The translations under genes and the position numbers were made by a program. Below, piece after piece: positions 41,576-52,918 of a stretch of DNA of 64,000 nt. A model generated the notes under the pieces. The model was not told where the DNA came from, did no database searches, and worked only from the letters and a program-made list of their open reading frames with translations. Where the stretch lies: positions 1 through 64,000 of the IMG/VR virus record IMGVR_UViG_2841277917_000004; one strand, written 5' to 3'. The stretch comes from a virus (Duplodnaviria > Caudoviricetes). Each line of letters begins with the position of its first letter. The first letter of the stretch is position 1.

Positions 41576-43267
41576 TTGAAATATAAATTAATTGGGAACA
41601 ATGATTATTTTTTTAATCCGATCGAAACGATCTTACATAATAGAGGCATTGCTAACATAAAGGAATTCTTAAAATTGAATGAAAGTGTGATTTATGATTG
41701 GAAATTACTGAACAATATTGAAAAGGCAGCATTAACTACTATTTCAATGATTCAATCAAATAAAAAGGCTTGGATTCAAGCTGATGCTGATTGTGATGGA
41801 ATGGTCAGCGCTGCCGTATTGTTTAATTACTTAAAAAAGGCTTTTCCTAATGCAGACGTTGCATGGAGAGTACATGAAGTAAAGATGCATGGTGTTATTG
41901 CTGAAACAGTCCCAAGTGATGCAGATTTGATATTCATCCCAGATGCAGGGAGTAATCAATATAGAGAGCATAAAATATTAAGAGATTTAAGTAAAACAGT
42001 GATTATTCTTGATCATCATTTATGTGAGAAAGAGTCTGAAGATGCAATTGTAGTAAACAATCAGTTGTCATTGAAATACCCTAATAAGAATTTATCCGGT
42101 GTAGGGATTGTATATAAGTTCTGTAAAGCACTTGATCATTATTTAGAAATAGATTATGCAGATGATTTTTTGGATTTAGTTGCTATTGGTAACATTGCAG
42201 ACTCCATGGATTTAAGGGAATTGGAAACAAGATTCTATGTCCAGACTGGGCTTAACCAGATAAAAAATAGATTTCTTTCAGAGATAATTAAGAAACAAGA
42301 ATATCCAATGAAAGGGGTTGTAAATATAACGAATATCTCTTTTTTCATCGTTCCATTGATCAATGCAGTAACACGAGTAGGAACAATAGAAGAACGAGAA
42401 AATACCTTCAAATCCTTAATTGAGTCTGAAGAGAGTGTATATTACAAAAGAAAAGATACATGGGAATCAATTATCGATAATACCGCTAGACAGGTAAACA
42501 ATGTGAGAAATAGGCAGAACAGATTAAGGGATAGTGGAATAAATGAGATTGAAGAGAGAATTAACACTAAAGGGTTAAAGAAAAATAAAATTTTAGTTGT
42601 TAATGTAAGTGATATCCTTGAATCTTCATTGACTGGTTTGGTTGCCAATAAAATATCAGAAAGGTATATGCGTCCAACTTTGTTACTGAAAAGAAATGAA
42701 GAAGGAGTCTATAAAGGTTCAGGTCGGGGACATGAGAAGTGTAATATAAAGGATTTTAGGAATTTCTTATTAAATACTAGAAGATTTGTTTTTTGTGAAG
42801 GACATGCTCAAGCATTTGGAGCTTCCATTACAAAAGAGCAGCTAGTTTCATTCTTAGATGATATTGAGTTATTTACTGAGGGAGTTTCATTAAATGACAT
42901 AGAGGTGGACTTTGAGATTCCATTTACTAAAGTAAACAAAAGACTGTTTGAAGAGTTGTACGGTTATAGTCATCTTTGGTCGAAAGGAGTGGAAGAACCA
43001 CTTGTAGTTATTAAAGAAGTACCAATACATAATGATAGCTTTGTAATTACGGGGAAGAAACAAGATGGTATTAAATTCGTGTCAAGGGGCGTGGAGTTTT
43101 TGAAAACCCAATGCTCTGAAGAAGAAGTAGATACCTTCGCAAATAATCAAAACAAATGTGTAAATTTAATTGGGAAATGTTCTATGAATGAATGGAAAGG
43201 GGAGAGGAAACATCAATTTATCATTGATGACTTTGAGTTTACTAAGAAGTTTAGTTTAAATTTTTAG
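41576..43267 (+). CDS. recJ: RecJ-like DHH ssDNA exonuclease
   Basis: DADCDG, DHH, GSGR and GH..AFG motifs. Confidence 0.85.
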   Translation: MKYKLIGNNDYFFNPIETILHNRGIANIKEFLKLNESVIYDWKLLNNIEKAALTTISMIQSNKKAWIQADADCDGMVSAAVLFNYLKKAFPNADVAWRVHEVKMHGVIAETVPSDADLIFIPDAGSNQYREHKILRDLSKTVIILDHHLCEKESEDAIVVNNQLSLKYPNKNLSGVGIVYKFCKALDHYLEIDYADDFLDLVAIGNIADSMDLRELETRFYVQTGLNQIKNRFLSEIIKKQEYPMKGVVNITNISFFIVPLINAVTRVGTIEERENTFKSLIESEESVYYKRKDTWESIIDNTARQVNNVRNRQNRLRDSGINEIEERINTKGLKKNKILVVNVSDILESSLTGLVANKISERYMRPTLLLKRNEEGVYKGSGRGHEKCNIKDFRNFLLNTRRFVFCEGHAQAFGASITKEQLVSFLDDIELFTEGVSLNDIEVDFEIPFTKVNKRLFEELYGYSHLWSKGVEEPLVVIKEVPIHNDSFVITGKKQDGIKFVSRGVEFLKTQCSEEEVDTFANNQNKCVNLIGKCSMNEWKGERKHQFIIDDFEFTKKFSLNF

Positions 43268-43284
43268 GGGGGTGGGAGAGAACG

Positions 43285-46200
43285 ATGTGCTTTATTAACT
43301 GCCACAATCACACTGATTATAGTAACTTAAGACTATTGGATTGTACGAATTCAGTTGAAGATTTAATCAAAACATCCAATGATCTAGGATATAAAGGCAT
43401 TGCTATTTCAGATCATGAATCTGTATCTGCTCATGTTCAAGCTATTAAAAAAACTAGAGAGTTAAAAGAAAAAAATGTAATCCAACAAGATTTTAAACTT
43501 ATTTTGGGAAATGAAATTTATCTTGTTGATGATGTTGAATATATAAAAAATAATTACGTATCTGGAGTTACTAAGTTTCCTCATTTCCTACTTATTGCTA
43601 AGGATAAAGAAGGGCACAAACAATTACGTTATCTTAGCAGCATGGCTTGGAAAAATTCATTTTATACAGGCACAATGGAACGTGTACCAACTGATAAAAA
43701 GATTTTGGAGGAGGTTGTAAAGTCTAACCCTAATCATCTTATAGCTTCAACAGCTTGTTTAGGATCAGAGACAAGTATTCATTTATTGTCTATTAGAGAT
43801 GCAGAACAAACAAATGACTTAGCTACTGCAAATGAACATAGAGATAAGCTAAATAAATTCATCAATTGGTGTATCGATTTATTTGGGAAAAATAATTTTT
43901 TTATTGAATTGCAACCTGCTTATAGTGAAGAGCAAATATTTGTCAACAAAGAGTTAGTCAAGATAGCTGAGATACATGAACTTAAAACAATAATCACAAC
44001 AGATACACATTACCTTAGACCAGATGACAAAAAGGTACATAAGGCATTTTTGAATGCAAAAGATGGGGATAGGGAAATAGATAGTTTTTATGAGGCTACT
44101 TTTTTACAGACGGTGGATGAGATTTATGAAAGAATGAATTATTTTGATAAAAATATTGTAGCAGAAGCTTTGAATAACACTCTGTATCTTGGTGAGATGA
44201 TTGATGATTACACAATAGAACACGAAACGATCATTCCCAAAATTTCATTACCTAAGTTTGAAGTAATACATATGTTTAAACCGGCATATCAACAATATGA
44301 ATACATAGAAAAAATGGCGAATTCGGATAATGAGCAAGATAGATATATTATTAAGCTCATAGAAGAAGGATTTAATGAAAAAGTTCCACGTAACACACTC
44401 TCAAAAGAGAAATTTCATATCATTCTCAACCGAATTAATATTGAATTAGGTGAGATATGGGAAATTAGTCAAAAGCTAAATCAAGCTATGTCAGCGTACT
44501 ACATAACAGTAAGAGAAATTATAAATATAATTTGGGATGATGATTGTGGTAATAGCTTAGTTGGAAGTGGGCGAGGCAGTAGTTCAGGTTTTTACATTTG
44601 TTTTTTATTGGGGATAACTCAAATTGATCCTTTAGTTTATGGGACTGAGATGCCACATTGGAGACATTTACATAGAAGCCGCCCTGATGTGGGGGCTTTA
44701 GATATCGATATTGATACCGAAGGGAGTAAGCGTCCACGTATCATTCAAGCTTTAAAAAAACATTTTGGAGATGAACGGTTACTACAGGTTTGTACTTTTG
44801 GTACAGAAGGGTCTAAGTCAGCACTGCAAACGGCAGCTCGTGGATTGGGTATTGATTCGGATATTAGTTTACATTTAAGTAGTCTAATTCCTTTTGAGAG
44901 AGGGCAAAACTGGTCGCTATCTGACTGTCTGTATGGAGATAAAGAAAAAAATAGGAAGCCAGTGAAAGAATTTATTAATGGAATTGATAAATATGAGGGA
45001 CTAAAGGAAACTGCGCTTAAACTTGAAGGGAAGATTAATAAGCGAAGTATACATGCTGGAGGGGTCATACTCTTTAACGAGGAGTATTATCACTCTAATG
45101 CATTGATGAAAGCCCCTAATGGATTGCCAATTACACAATTTAATTTAGATGACTGTCAGGCAGTAGGAAATGTAAAGTTTGATCTTTTAACAATTGAAGC
45201 TCTAGATAAGATTCGAGTAGAGTTAGATATGTTACTAGAGTATAAAGAAATCGAATGGCAAGGATCACTTCGAAAAACTTTTGATAAATATCTTCATCCT
45301 AACAATTTAAATATGGACAATCCAAAACTATATGAAATGCTAGGGGAAGGAACTGTAACAGATTTGTTCCAGTTTTCTACTGAGATAGGTTATCAAGCAG
45401 CTATAAAGGTAAAGCCTAGTAATTTACTTGAAGTAGCGGCAGCTAATTCATTAATGAGGCTTAAATCGGATGGAGACGAGCAACCAATTGATGTGTTTAT
45501 TAAACATAAAAATAACATTCAACTTTGGTATGAAGAAATGGCTGAGTACGGTCTAACTAATGAAGAAATTGAAGTACTTGAAAAACACTTATTAAAACTA
45601 TATGGGGTAGCTGATACTCAAGAATCTGTAATGTTACTTGCAATGGATGAAAAAATAGCTGGCTTTTCTATTCAACAAGCAAATAAGTTAAGGAAAGCAA
45701 TTGCAAAGAGATCAGAAAAAGACCTAATTGAAGTAACAGAATTGTTTTTTGAACAAGGAAGAAAAAAAGAAATAAGTAATAATTTACTAAGCTATGTTTG
45801 GGATGTGCAAATCAAAAGACAGCTAGGTTATGCATTTTCAATTTTGCACACTATTCCTTACTCAATTATTGCTTTACAAGAACTTAACTTAAACTATCAA
45901 TTCAATTCATTATATTGGAATACAGCATGTTTGACGGTTAATTCAAGGTCTACAGACGGAAATGATGATGAAGAAATAAGCAGTGATGAAGAAGAGACAG
46001 ATACAAAGAAAAAATCAACTAACTATGGAAAAGTAGCATTAGCAATTGGGCAAATGCATAAAAGAGGGATAGAAATTGCTCTTCCCGATATTAACAATGC
46101 AGGATTTGGATTTAAGCCAGATTTGAGAAATAATCAAATTATATTTGGGCTAAAGGGCATTAATGGTATTGGTGATGACATTGTACATATCATTATCAAG

Positions 46201-47244
46201 AATCGCCCTTATTCTTCTTTTGATGATTTTATAAATAAACTCTTTAAAACGAAACAAATTAAAAAAGGACAAATAGTTAAACTAATTAAGGCAGGATGTT
46301 TTGATAAATTTGAAGATCGCTTTAACATAATGAAACAATTCATCAACAAAATTTATGAGCCAAAGCAGAAGTTAACTATGCAAAATTTTAATGGACTTAT
46401 TGAAAACGATTTAATTCCTGAATGTTATGCTTTACTGGTGAGATTATATAGATTTAGGAAGTACATTAGCCAAAATGTCTATAAAACGATAAGTAAACCA
46501 AAAGACAAGTGGTTACTTTTAGATGATATATCAACAAATTTCTTTAATCAGCATTTTTCTGATCAGAGTATAGTCGAAGTTAACGATGGGAAAATTGTTG
46601 TGTCTGAGTCAAAGTTTAAGAAAGAATATGATAAGAAAATAGAACCGTTCAAATCATGGCTTCAGAATGAAGATACCTTAGAAGCCTTAAACAAAAAACT
46701 CTTTTCGCAGCAGTGGGATAAATATGCTGAAGGAACTATTAGTAAATGGGAAATGGATTCCTTATCTTTTTATTATCATGAGCATGAATTATCCCATGTT
46801 AATGCAGACAAATATGGAATCGTTGATTTTGAGAAATTACCTAAAGTACCTAAAGTAGTTAGTAGTTATAAATCAAGAGGAGTAGAAAGACCTAAATTTG
46901 AAATAGTAAGAATTGCAGGAACAGTATTAGACAAAGATAAAAGCAAACACACAGTTACAGTTCTTACTACTACCGGAGTCGTGACAGTTAAATTTTATGA
47001 TGGAGTATTTGCTCACTATAATAAACAAATAAGTAGGACAAATGATGGGGATAAAGAAATTTTGGAGAAAAGTTGGTTTACTAGAGGAAACAAACTTTTA
47101 ATTGCTGGTTATCGTAGAGATTCAAACTTTAGACCTCATAAATACACTGATAGTGTTTATCGTCACACAGTAAGTTTAATTGAGAACATTGGAGAAAATG
47201 GGGATATAACTCTTAAAACAGAAAGAGAGGGTTATATAAATTAA
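43285..47244 (+). CDS. dnaE: DNA polymerase III alpha subunit
   Basis: PHP domain HNHTDYS; GRGS; DIDID; HAGG; KFDLL. Confidence 0.95.
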   Translation: MCFINCHNHTDYSNLRLLDCTNSVEDLIKTSNDLGYKGIAISDHESVSAHVQAIKKTRELKEKNVIQQDFKLILGNEIYLVDDVEYIKNNYVSGVTKFPHFLLIAKDKEGHKQLRYLSSMAWKNSFYTGTMERVPTDKKILEEVVKSNPNHLIASTACLGSETSIHLLSIRDAEQTNDLATANEHRDKLNKFINWCIDLFGKNNFFIELQPAYSEEQIFVNKELVKIAEIHELKTIITTDTHYLRPDDKKVHKAFLNAKDGDREIDSFYEATFLQTVDEIYERMNYFDKNIVAEALNNTLYLGEMIDDYTIEHETIIPKISLPKFEVIHMFKPAYQQYEYIEKMANSDNEQDRYIIKLIEEGFNEKVPRNTLSKEKFHIILNRINIELGEIWEISQKLNQAMSAYYITVREIINIIWDDDCGNSLVGSGRGSSSGFYICFLLGITQIDPLVYGTEMPHWRHLHRSRPDVGALDIDIDTEGSKRPRIIQALKKHFGDERLLQVCTFGTEGSKSALQTAARGLGIDSDISLHLSSLIPFERGQNWSLSDCLYGDKEKNRKPVKEFINGIDKYEGLKETALKLEGKINKRSIHAGGVILFNEEYYHSNALMKAPNGLPITQFNLDDCQAVGNVKFDLLTIEALDKIRVELDMLLEYKEIEWQGSLRKTFDKYLHPNNLNMDNPKLYEMLGEGTVTDLFQFSTEIGYQAAIKVKPSNLLEVAAANSLMRLKSDGDEQPIDVFIKHKNNIQLWYEEMAEYGLTNEEIEVLEKHLLKLYGVADTQESVMLLAMDEKIAGFSIQQANKLRKAIAKRSEKDLIEVTELFFEQGRKKEISNNLLSYVWDVQIKRQLGYAFSILHTIPYSIIALQELNLNYQFNSLYWNTACLTVNSRSTDGNDDEEISSDEEETDTKKKSTNYGKVALAIGQMHKRGIEIALPDINNAGFGFKPDLRNNQIIFGLKGINGIGDDIVHIIIKNRPYSSFDDFINKLFKTKQIKKGQIVKLIKAGCFDKFEDRFNIMKQFINKIYEPKQKLTMQNFNGLIENDLIPECYALLVRLYRFRKYISQNVYKTISKPKDKWLLLDDISTNFFNQHFSDQSIVEVNDGKIVVSESKFKKEYDKKIEPFKSWLQNEDTLEALNKKLFSQQWDKYAEGTISKWEMDSLSFYYHEHELSHVNADKYGIVDFEKLPKVPKVVSSYKSRGVERPKFEIVRIAGTVLDKDKSKHTVTVLTTTGVVTVKFYDGVFAHYNKQISRTNDGDKEILEKSWFTRGNKLLIAGYRRDSNFRPHKYTDSVYRHTVSLIENIGENGDITLKTEREGYIN

Positions 47245-47323
47245 AATAATGTATACAATAGATTTGTATTATGGTATTGTATTAAATATAGAATATAAAA
47301 TAATGTATGAAAGGGTAGGTTGA

Positions 47324-47476
47324 ATGAAAATATCTCCTGTACAACATATTTCCGATCGAAAAGCACATACATATATGATTAATCGTAAAATCAACAAAAA
47401 AGAAGGGCGAGATTTTCAAGAGCAATTACTTAAAGCCCTTGGGAATAAATCAAAGCTTAACCGAATGTACGTATGA
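47324..47476 (+). CDS. 50-aa basic micro-protein MKISPVQHISDRK...
   Basis: First ORF after an operator-flanked promoter; RBS gggtagg. Confidence 0.5.
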   Translation: MKISPVQHISDRKAHTYMINRKINKKEGRDFQEQLLKALGNKSKLNRMYV

Positions 47477-47567
47477 TGAAATACATATTTCATTATATTA
47501 ATTAAAAATAAATAATACACAAATATATTAATTTCATTCAAATATTTAAAACCAAAAAATAAAGAAG

Positions 47568-48209
47568 GTGGGTTTGAAAATGTACGGTTATGTAGATAAA
47601 CATTTTGATTTCAACACTGATATGAACAAGTTACTTGATCAAGAAGTGGAGAAACGTCTGGAAGTCAAGGTAAACGGCTACTATGCTGCTCTTGAACAAG
47701 AGAAGGAGGCTACACAAAAGCAATATGAGCAGGAAACAACTATTCGAGAGTTGGAGCGACAACTGAGGGAAGCCAAAAAGACCTTTGTTAAACAGGGAGC
47801 GGATCAGACAAAACGTGAACTGATGGGCGCATTTAAGCTTGGGGATGAAGTCTGGTTTGTCAGAAGGGAACACAAATATATACCTTGCGAGATGTGTTCA
47901 GGAAAAGGAAAGTTAAAGGCTAAGGCTATTGAAGTACCTGAACCTTTCAAGATAAATTGTCTTAATTGCAAGGGGTACGGAGAGAAATCAAATTACGAGT
48001 ACAGTGTAGCACAAGGGATCATCTGCGAGATCAAGATACACACTTGGGCGCGGGAACAATGCTTTGAAAGTACATTCTACATTGAGCCAACGAGTTATAG
48101 AGCAAATGATTCTGTGCAAAGGGAGCACAGTAAGATATTCCATACCGAGGAAGAGTGCCAAAAAGCGATCAATGTTATTTTAAATCCCCCAACGCCAGCA
48201 GAAAAGTGA
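47568..48209 (+). CDS. Phage protein with CxxCxGxG zinc-finger pair
   Basis: CEMCSGKG and CLNCKGYG. Confidence 0.6.
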   Translation: MGLKMYGYVDKHFDFNTDMNKLLDQEVEKRLEVKVNGYYAALEQEKEATQKQYEQETTIRELERQLREAKKTFVKQGADQTKRELMGAFKLGDEVWFVRREHKYIPCEMCSGKGKLKAKAIEVPEPFKINCLNCKGYGEKSNYEYSVAQGIICEIKIHTWAREQCFESTFYIEPTSYRANDSVQREHSKIFHTEEECQKAINVILNPPTPAEK

Positions 48210-48387
48210 TTTAACACAAGCTCAAATGCTGTGCCGTGTCATTGAAACTAGCTAAGTAGATCAACGACACGGCACAAGATAATAAGACGATTTTTGTATG
48301 ATACCCTTTGATAGGGCGTAACAACAGAAGGAGGGACAAAAAAACTTAGATAGTTGGATGAAAAAAGTAAGTTAACACATTGTGCAA

Positions 48388-48735
48388 TTAGTCAAAAACA
48401 AGGTAGTCATCAAAAATTTCTCCATCCAGCGTAAAGAATAGTTTATACCACCCAAATTTTTTATCATTAAAAACGATTGGGATGTAGGAGACAACATAAT
48501 CAAATCCATATGAGATTGCCTCATAGGTTGCATTCTCATCCCATTTATCTATGTACAAGGCTACTTCCTTCAGTGCCACAGTTAAATTTTCTGGTTTATA
48601 GTTATCGCTAAATAAAGATTTGAATCCTATGGCATCTTCACTTTGGAAGTTCCGAAAACATCTCCAAAATCCATTTATTGATCTGGTTTCGACATCATGC
48701 TCAAGGCACCATTGCTTCAAAAATCCACTATTCAT
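48388..48735 (-). CDS. Hypothetical protein (reverse-strand moron)
   Basis: ORF with RBS aaggatgtg. Confidence 0.55.
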   Translation of the reverse strand: MNSGFLKQWCLEHDVETRSINGFWRCFRNFQSEDAIGFKSLFSDNYKPENLTVALKEVALYIDKWDENATYEAISYGFDYVVSYIPIVFNDKKFGWYKLFFTLDGEIFDDYLVFD

Positions 48736-49287
48736 TAGATCACATCCTTAAATTGTTTAACTGTAATTTACCACAATAGTTGTCAAGGGAAATAGCCTTG
48801 AATAAGGAGGGAAGCACAATGACCGAACAACAGATCGCTATGATAGGGAGGGCGTCAGATGACAGTCATTAAGGACAGATGGTACACTGCAAGACAATCG
48901 TACACTTGCGACGGCTGCCACAAGGACATTAACGCAGGAGATCGGTATAGACGGTTATTCGGATCGGCAGAAGCTTCTGATCCAATGCATGAACTGATCT
49001 TGTGCAGCAAACCATCGTGCGGCGGAAAAGAGGAGGAAGCCCAAAATGATACGTTATACGTTATGCGATGAGTGTGAGCGAAAACAAGATAAAATGTTTA
49101 GTCGAGATTCGAGAAAAGTAGAACGATGCCAAAGGTGTAAGCGAGATTATACTACTCGTGCCCATGAAACATATTGTTCTGATTGCGCTAAAGAAGCTAG
49201 CATTTGTATAGATTGCGGTAAGGGTTTGCATAGGGATTAAACTTGTTTCTTTAATTACAACACAGGCTTTGTAAATGGGAGGCAAAT

Positions 49288-49626
49288 ATGACCGAACAGC
49301 AGATTATTGTAACACTGGCAACTAAGGTAATGGGGTGGAAAAGGTATCAAGAAACAGACTTTTGGTTTGGCGATAATGGTAATTTGTTTAATTCTAGTCT
49401 TTGGAACCCACTCCAAAACATAGCTGATGCGTGGATGATTGTCGAGAAATTCAAAAACGGTGATCCGATACTTCGGGCCAAGTTTGCAGTGCTCTTGCCT
49501 GTTCTCATCTACGAGATTGAACCGAAAGACATTTGCAAAGCTGCTATGAAAGTGGTTGAACAGGGGGAATCAAATAGTGAAAAAGGCTTGCAAGTTCAAA
49601 ACCATTCAGAACATCTATTGGGATAA
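49288..49626 (+). CDS. Phage ABA-sandwich domain protein
   Basis: ATKVMGW...WNPLQNIADAWMIVEK...ICKAA. Confidence 0.6.
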   Translation: MTEQQIIVTLATKVMGWKRYQETDFWFGDNGNLFNSSLWNPLQNIADAWMIVEKFKNGDPILRAKFAVLLPVLIYEIEPKDICKAAMKVVEQGESNSEKGLQVQNHSEHLLG

Positions 49627-50083
49627 CTGGGGGAAATACGTTACTGCGTTTCCAAAAGGCGGTGTTTACATTGGGACGGTTCATTACAATGATAGTGGTG
49701 AAATTCAGGCAATAACAGCTAGAAGCCCCATATATGATGTGAAAGATGATGTGGATATGGAATGCATTGAAATATTGGAAATTACAGAAGAGCTTTAACA
49801 CAACACACGATAAATGGAGGTATTGATTATGAGAAAAAGACCTGTAATGTGGGCGATTGGTTTCAAGTATAAGGAAGATGCATTTTACAATTTCATGAAA
49901 GGTGAAGAAGATACCAACCTAACTTTTAATCATTTAGTCCCATCAAAAGATATGGCAGAGGATTTTATTGAGGATTACTTGGCAATTTCATATGTTCCAA
50001 TTCCTGTAACAATTATCAGTTATTCCGATGATGGAACTTTTGCCTACGCTTATGATCCACTATATGAATGGGAGTAATAGTTG

Positions 50084-50526
50084 AAACCATTGCTTGTGAT
50101 AAGGGAGGATGCGGAATGAACGAAAAAGAAATGCAAGATCTTATTGTTGGCGTAAGAGATAAAATATTATGGTGGGCTTTAAGTTTAAAATCGGCTCGAA
50201 TGACCAAGGCAGATTATGCGGAACTACAAACAGTTGTTCAGCCACTGTTTGATGCGGCAAAGGTAATAGAAAAAGCTAGGGAAGAAGCTGAAATAAATGA
50301 AAAAGAATATGTGATATAAATTCAGCGAAACGACGATTGGGAAAAGCTAACCACTGTCAAAGGTAAAAACGGAGAAAGTGCGATAGAAGCGATTCGTAAA
50401 AGTTATCACGATCAATTCACTGAATGGTTTGGGGAAGGAAACGAACAACATGTCAACCTTGATTATGAACTAGTGGCTATTTAACAAACCATTGCTTGTG
50501 ATAAGGGAGGATGCAAAATGAACGAA
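50084..50526 (+). repeat. 41-bp direct repeat including RBS and start codon (50084-50124; 50486-50526)
   Basis: AAACCATTGCTTGTGATAAGGGAGGATGC(gg/aa)AATGAACGAA. Confidence 0.85.
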
Positions 50527-52385
50527 TACAAACTATTCAAGGTGAATGAAGAATATCCGGAGTACATCGTTGCTCAGACAGCAGCAGAAGCTCTAAATGA
50601 TCATAACAAACGTGGCGGAGAAGGCTTTGCGGTAACGATGGATGAGGTTGAAGAAATATCGCTTGATATGGTTGGTAACTTTGAGCAAGAGGACGGTAGC
50701 CGTAAGCTAATGAGCTTTTATGAGTTTATCGGACACGACTTTGTATACGAAAATCCAACCCTTATTTGCTGGACAGAATAAACCTGGTAGGTGACCTGCT
50801 AAATGAATTGGATGTTTCAGGGCATGAAGTGGTACGAGATATTATTATTCATTGTTAAACTTCCCTACTTCTATGCGGTAGAAAAAGGATGGCTACCAAA
50901 AAAATTTGATCATAGAAAATAGATTAATTTTAGGGGGGCTGATACATGGTAGAAGAGATAAATAAGAAAATATTTGAGCTTTTGGGTCTGGTAGAAAAGG
51001 ATAACGGGTTCTGGTGTTTTGTTGAACGAATTGCTGACAATGAAATAGTTGCTGAAGGATATGAAGGACATTTCTCTTTTCTTACTGGCGATGGTATGTT
51101 GCTGTTGATTGAAGAGGCGAGAAAGCATGAAGGTTTGCTTTTTAGGATCACTCAGTATGAGAGTTTGTACTTTGTCGCTGTTGGTAAAACCGATGGTGAA
51201 CATTTCACTTTTGTGTGTGATGAAAGACACCGTAATCTCCCTAAAGCAATCTTGTTCGCCTATCTGAAAGCTAAAGGTATGGATTTTGCGCTATACATGT
51301 CGGTGGATGGATATGAAGGGAAGCGAAATAGATCAATGTCCACATTGTAAAGTATGGTTTGTGCAGCGCCCGTGTTACGATGAAAGTTTTTGCAATAATT
51401 ACGGCTTATTAGAACGTGATGCGGAAGGTGAATCTCTAACTTAAGGGAACGGTGAATTAAAATTAAAAAATTATATCAAGAGATTCTTTATTTCATGTTT
51501 GCTTTTTCTCTAGTATTTGGGCTGTCAGTATGTATGTACGGAATCGGTTGTATTGTTGGAAGCTTTATAGGGGAAACAGAAACATTCTCGATAGTTGGCT
51601 CTTTTGTAATTGTAATGCTGTTATGGATACTAGCAGAAATCATCGAGATAAATAACAGCCATTCAATTAAAGAAGATTATTTAAATATAGGTAGAGAGAG
51701 GAGATAAGCGTATATGTCACACTTTCGTATTGATGATCATGTTGAGATTATTTCAACTAGCTATGATACAGAAGGGCGTAAATTTTATGGATCAGTAGCC
51801 AAAGTGGTTGATATTAAGAAGTCACAGAATGGGAAATGGACTGATACTGATCTACGACTAGTATTTAATGATGGATATGAAACATGGCTTGCAGCAGAGG
51901 ATTGTGTAAACCATTAAGAAGGAGGGAGGGGAGTTGTCAAAAAAAGGTTCTGCTTGGAAGGCTTATAAGCGTGAAATGAGAGACTTTTATAGCTTAGAAA
52001 ATCTTCTTATGGGGCTTCTGGGGTCAATCATTGTAAATCTGATTTCTTCTTATACTGGTTATTCAGTAGTTTCAATAATAGTTGTATCTACTTTAGGACT
52101 GACTCTATTGTTTATATTGGCTACTTCAATAATTCTAATTAAAAACAAAATAAAAAAATAAAAGGTTTAGTGTAATGAAACTCAAATTTCAATAGGTGGG
52201 GAACAGGTTGAATGGAGTAGAAATTTTTCTGGCTGTAACAATCGGTATAATACTTTTATTAAAAGGGGTTAAGTTAGCTCAAAATATATTAAATATGGAT
52301 GAAATAGACGGGTTCATCAGTATAATTTCTTTCGTTTCGTTACTGATTTGGTTAGCAATTAGATTTAAATAATAGGAGGAAATGT

Positions 52386-52877
52386 ATGTTCAACTGGATT
52401 AAATCATTATTTCAAAAACAAGAAGCACCGAAAAGTAATTATAATAAGCCCTTAACGGAGACAGAACGTTCTGATCTATTTAGTGAAGATTTAACATACT
52501 CGAATAATATCAATGGATTAGGCGAACCAAAGAAGACGACCTATGCCAAACCTAACACATATAGACCAGAAAAACCAAGACGGTCATCACGAACGCAACC
52601 AACAAGCACAAGTAGATCTCGCTCATCTAAGAATAGTGAGACATATGATTATGCAACCGACTTACATAATCCATTAAATCCAATTAGTCCGTTCAATGTC
52701 AGTAACTCTTTGAACTTGGACGATGATAGTCATAAAAATTCCTGCTATTCAAGCTCAAGCTCTTCATATAGTAGCAGCTCTTCATTTGATAGTAGTTGCT
52801 CATCTAGTTCATCAAGTTCTAGTGACAGTAGTTATTCATCGTCTGATTCTTCATCCTCTAGTAGTTCAGACTGGTAA
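52386..52877 (+). CDS. Low-complexity protein with poly-Ser tail
   Basis: C-terminal SSSSSSYSSSSSFDSS...SSDW. Confidence 0.65.
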   Translation: MFNWIKSLFQKQEAPKSNYNKPLTETERSDLFSEDLTYSNNINGLGEPKKTTYAKPNTYRPEKPRRSSRTQPTSTSRSRSSKNSETYDYATDLHNPLNPISPFNVSNSLNLDDDSHKNSCYSSSSSSYSSSSSFDSSCSSSSSSSSDSSYSSSDSSSSSSSDW

Positions 52878-52882
52878 CAAAT

Positions 52883-52918
52883 AAAGCTCCCAAATAGAAA
52901 GCTCCCAAATAGGGAGCT
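52883..52918. repeat. 15-bp tandem duplication overlapping a terminator hairpin
   Basis: AAAGCTCCCAAATAG x2, then GGAGCT. Confidence 0.7.

Noticed and set aside
43285-47244. Intein or intron in dnaE
   Set aside because: Continuous ORF of normal size; no intein splice or homing-endonuclease motifs seen
50084-50526. CRISPR array
   Set aside because: Only two copies 400 bp apart, containing RBS and ATG; no cas genes
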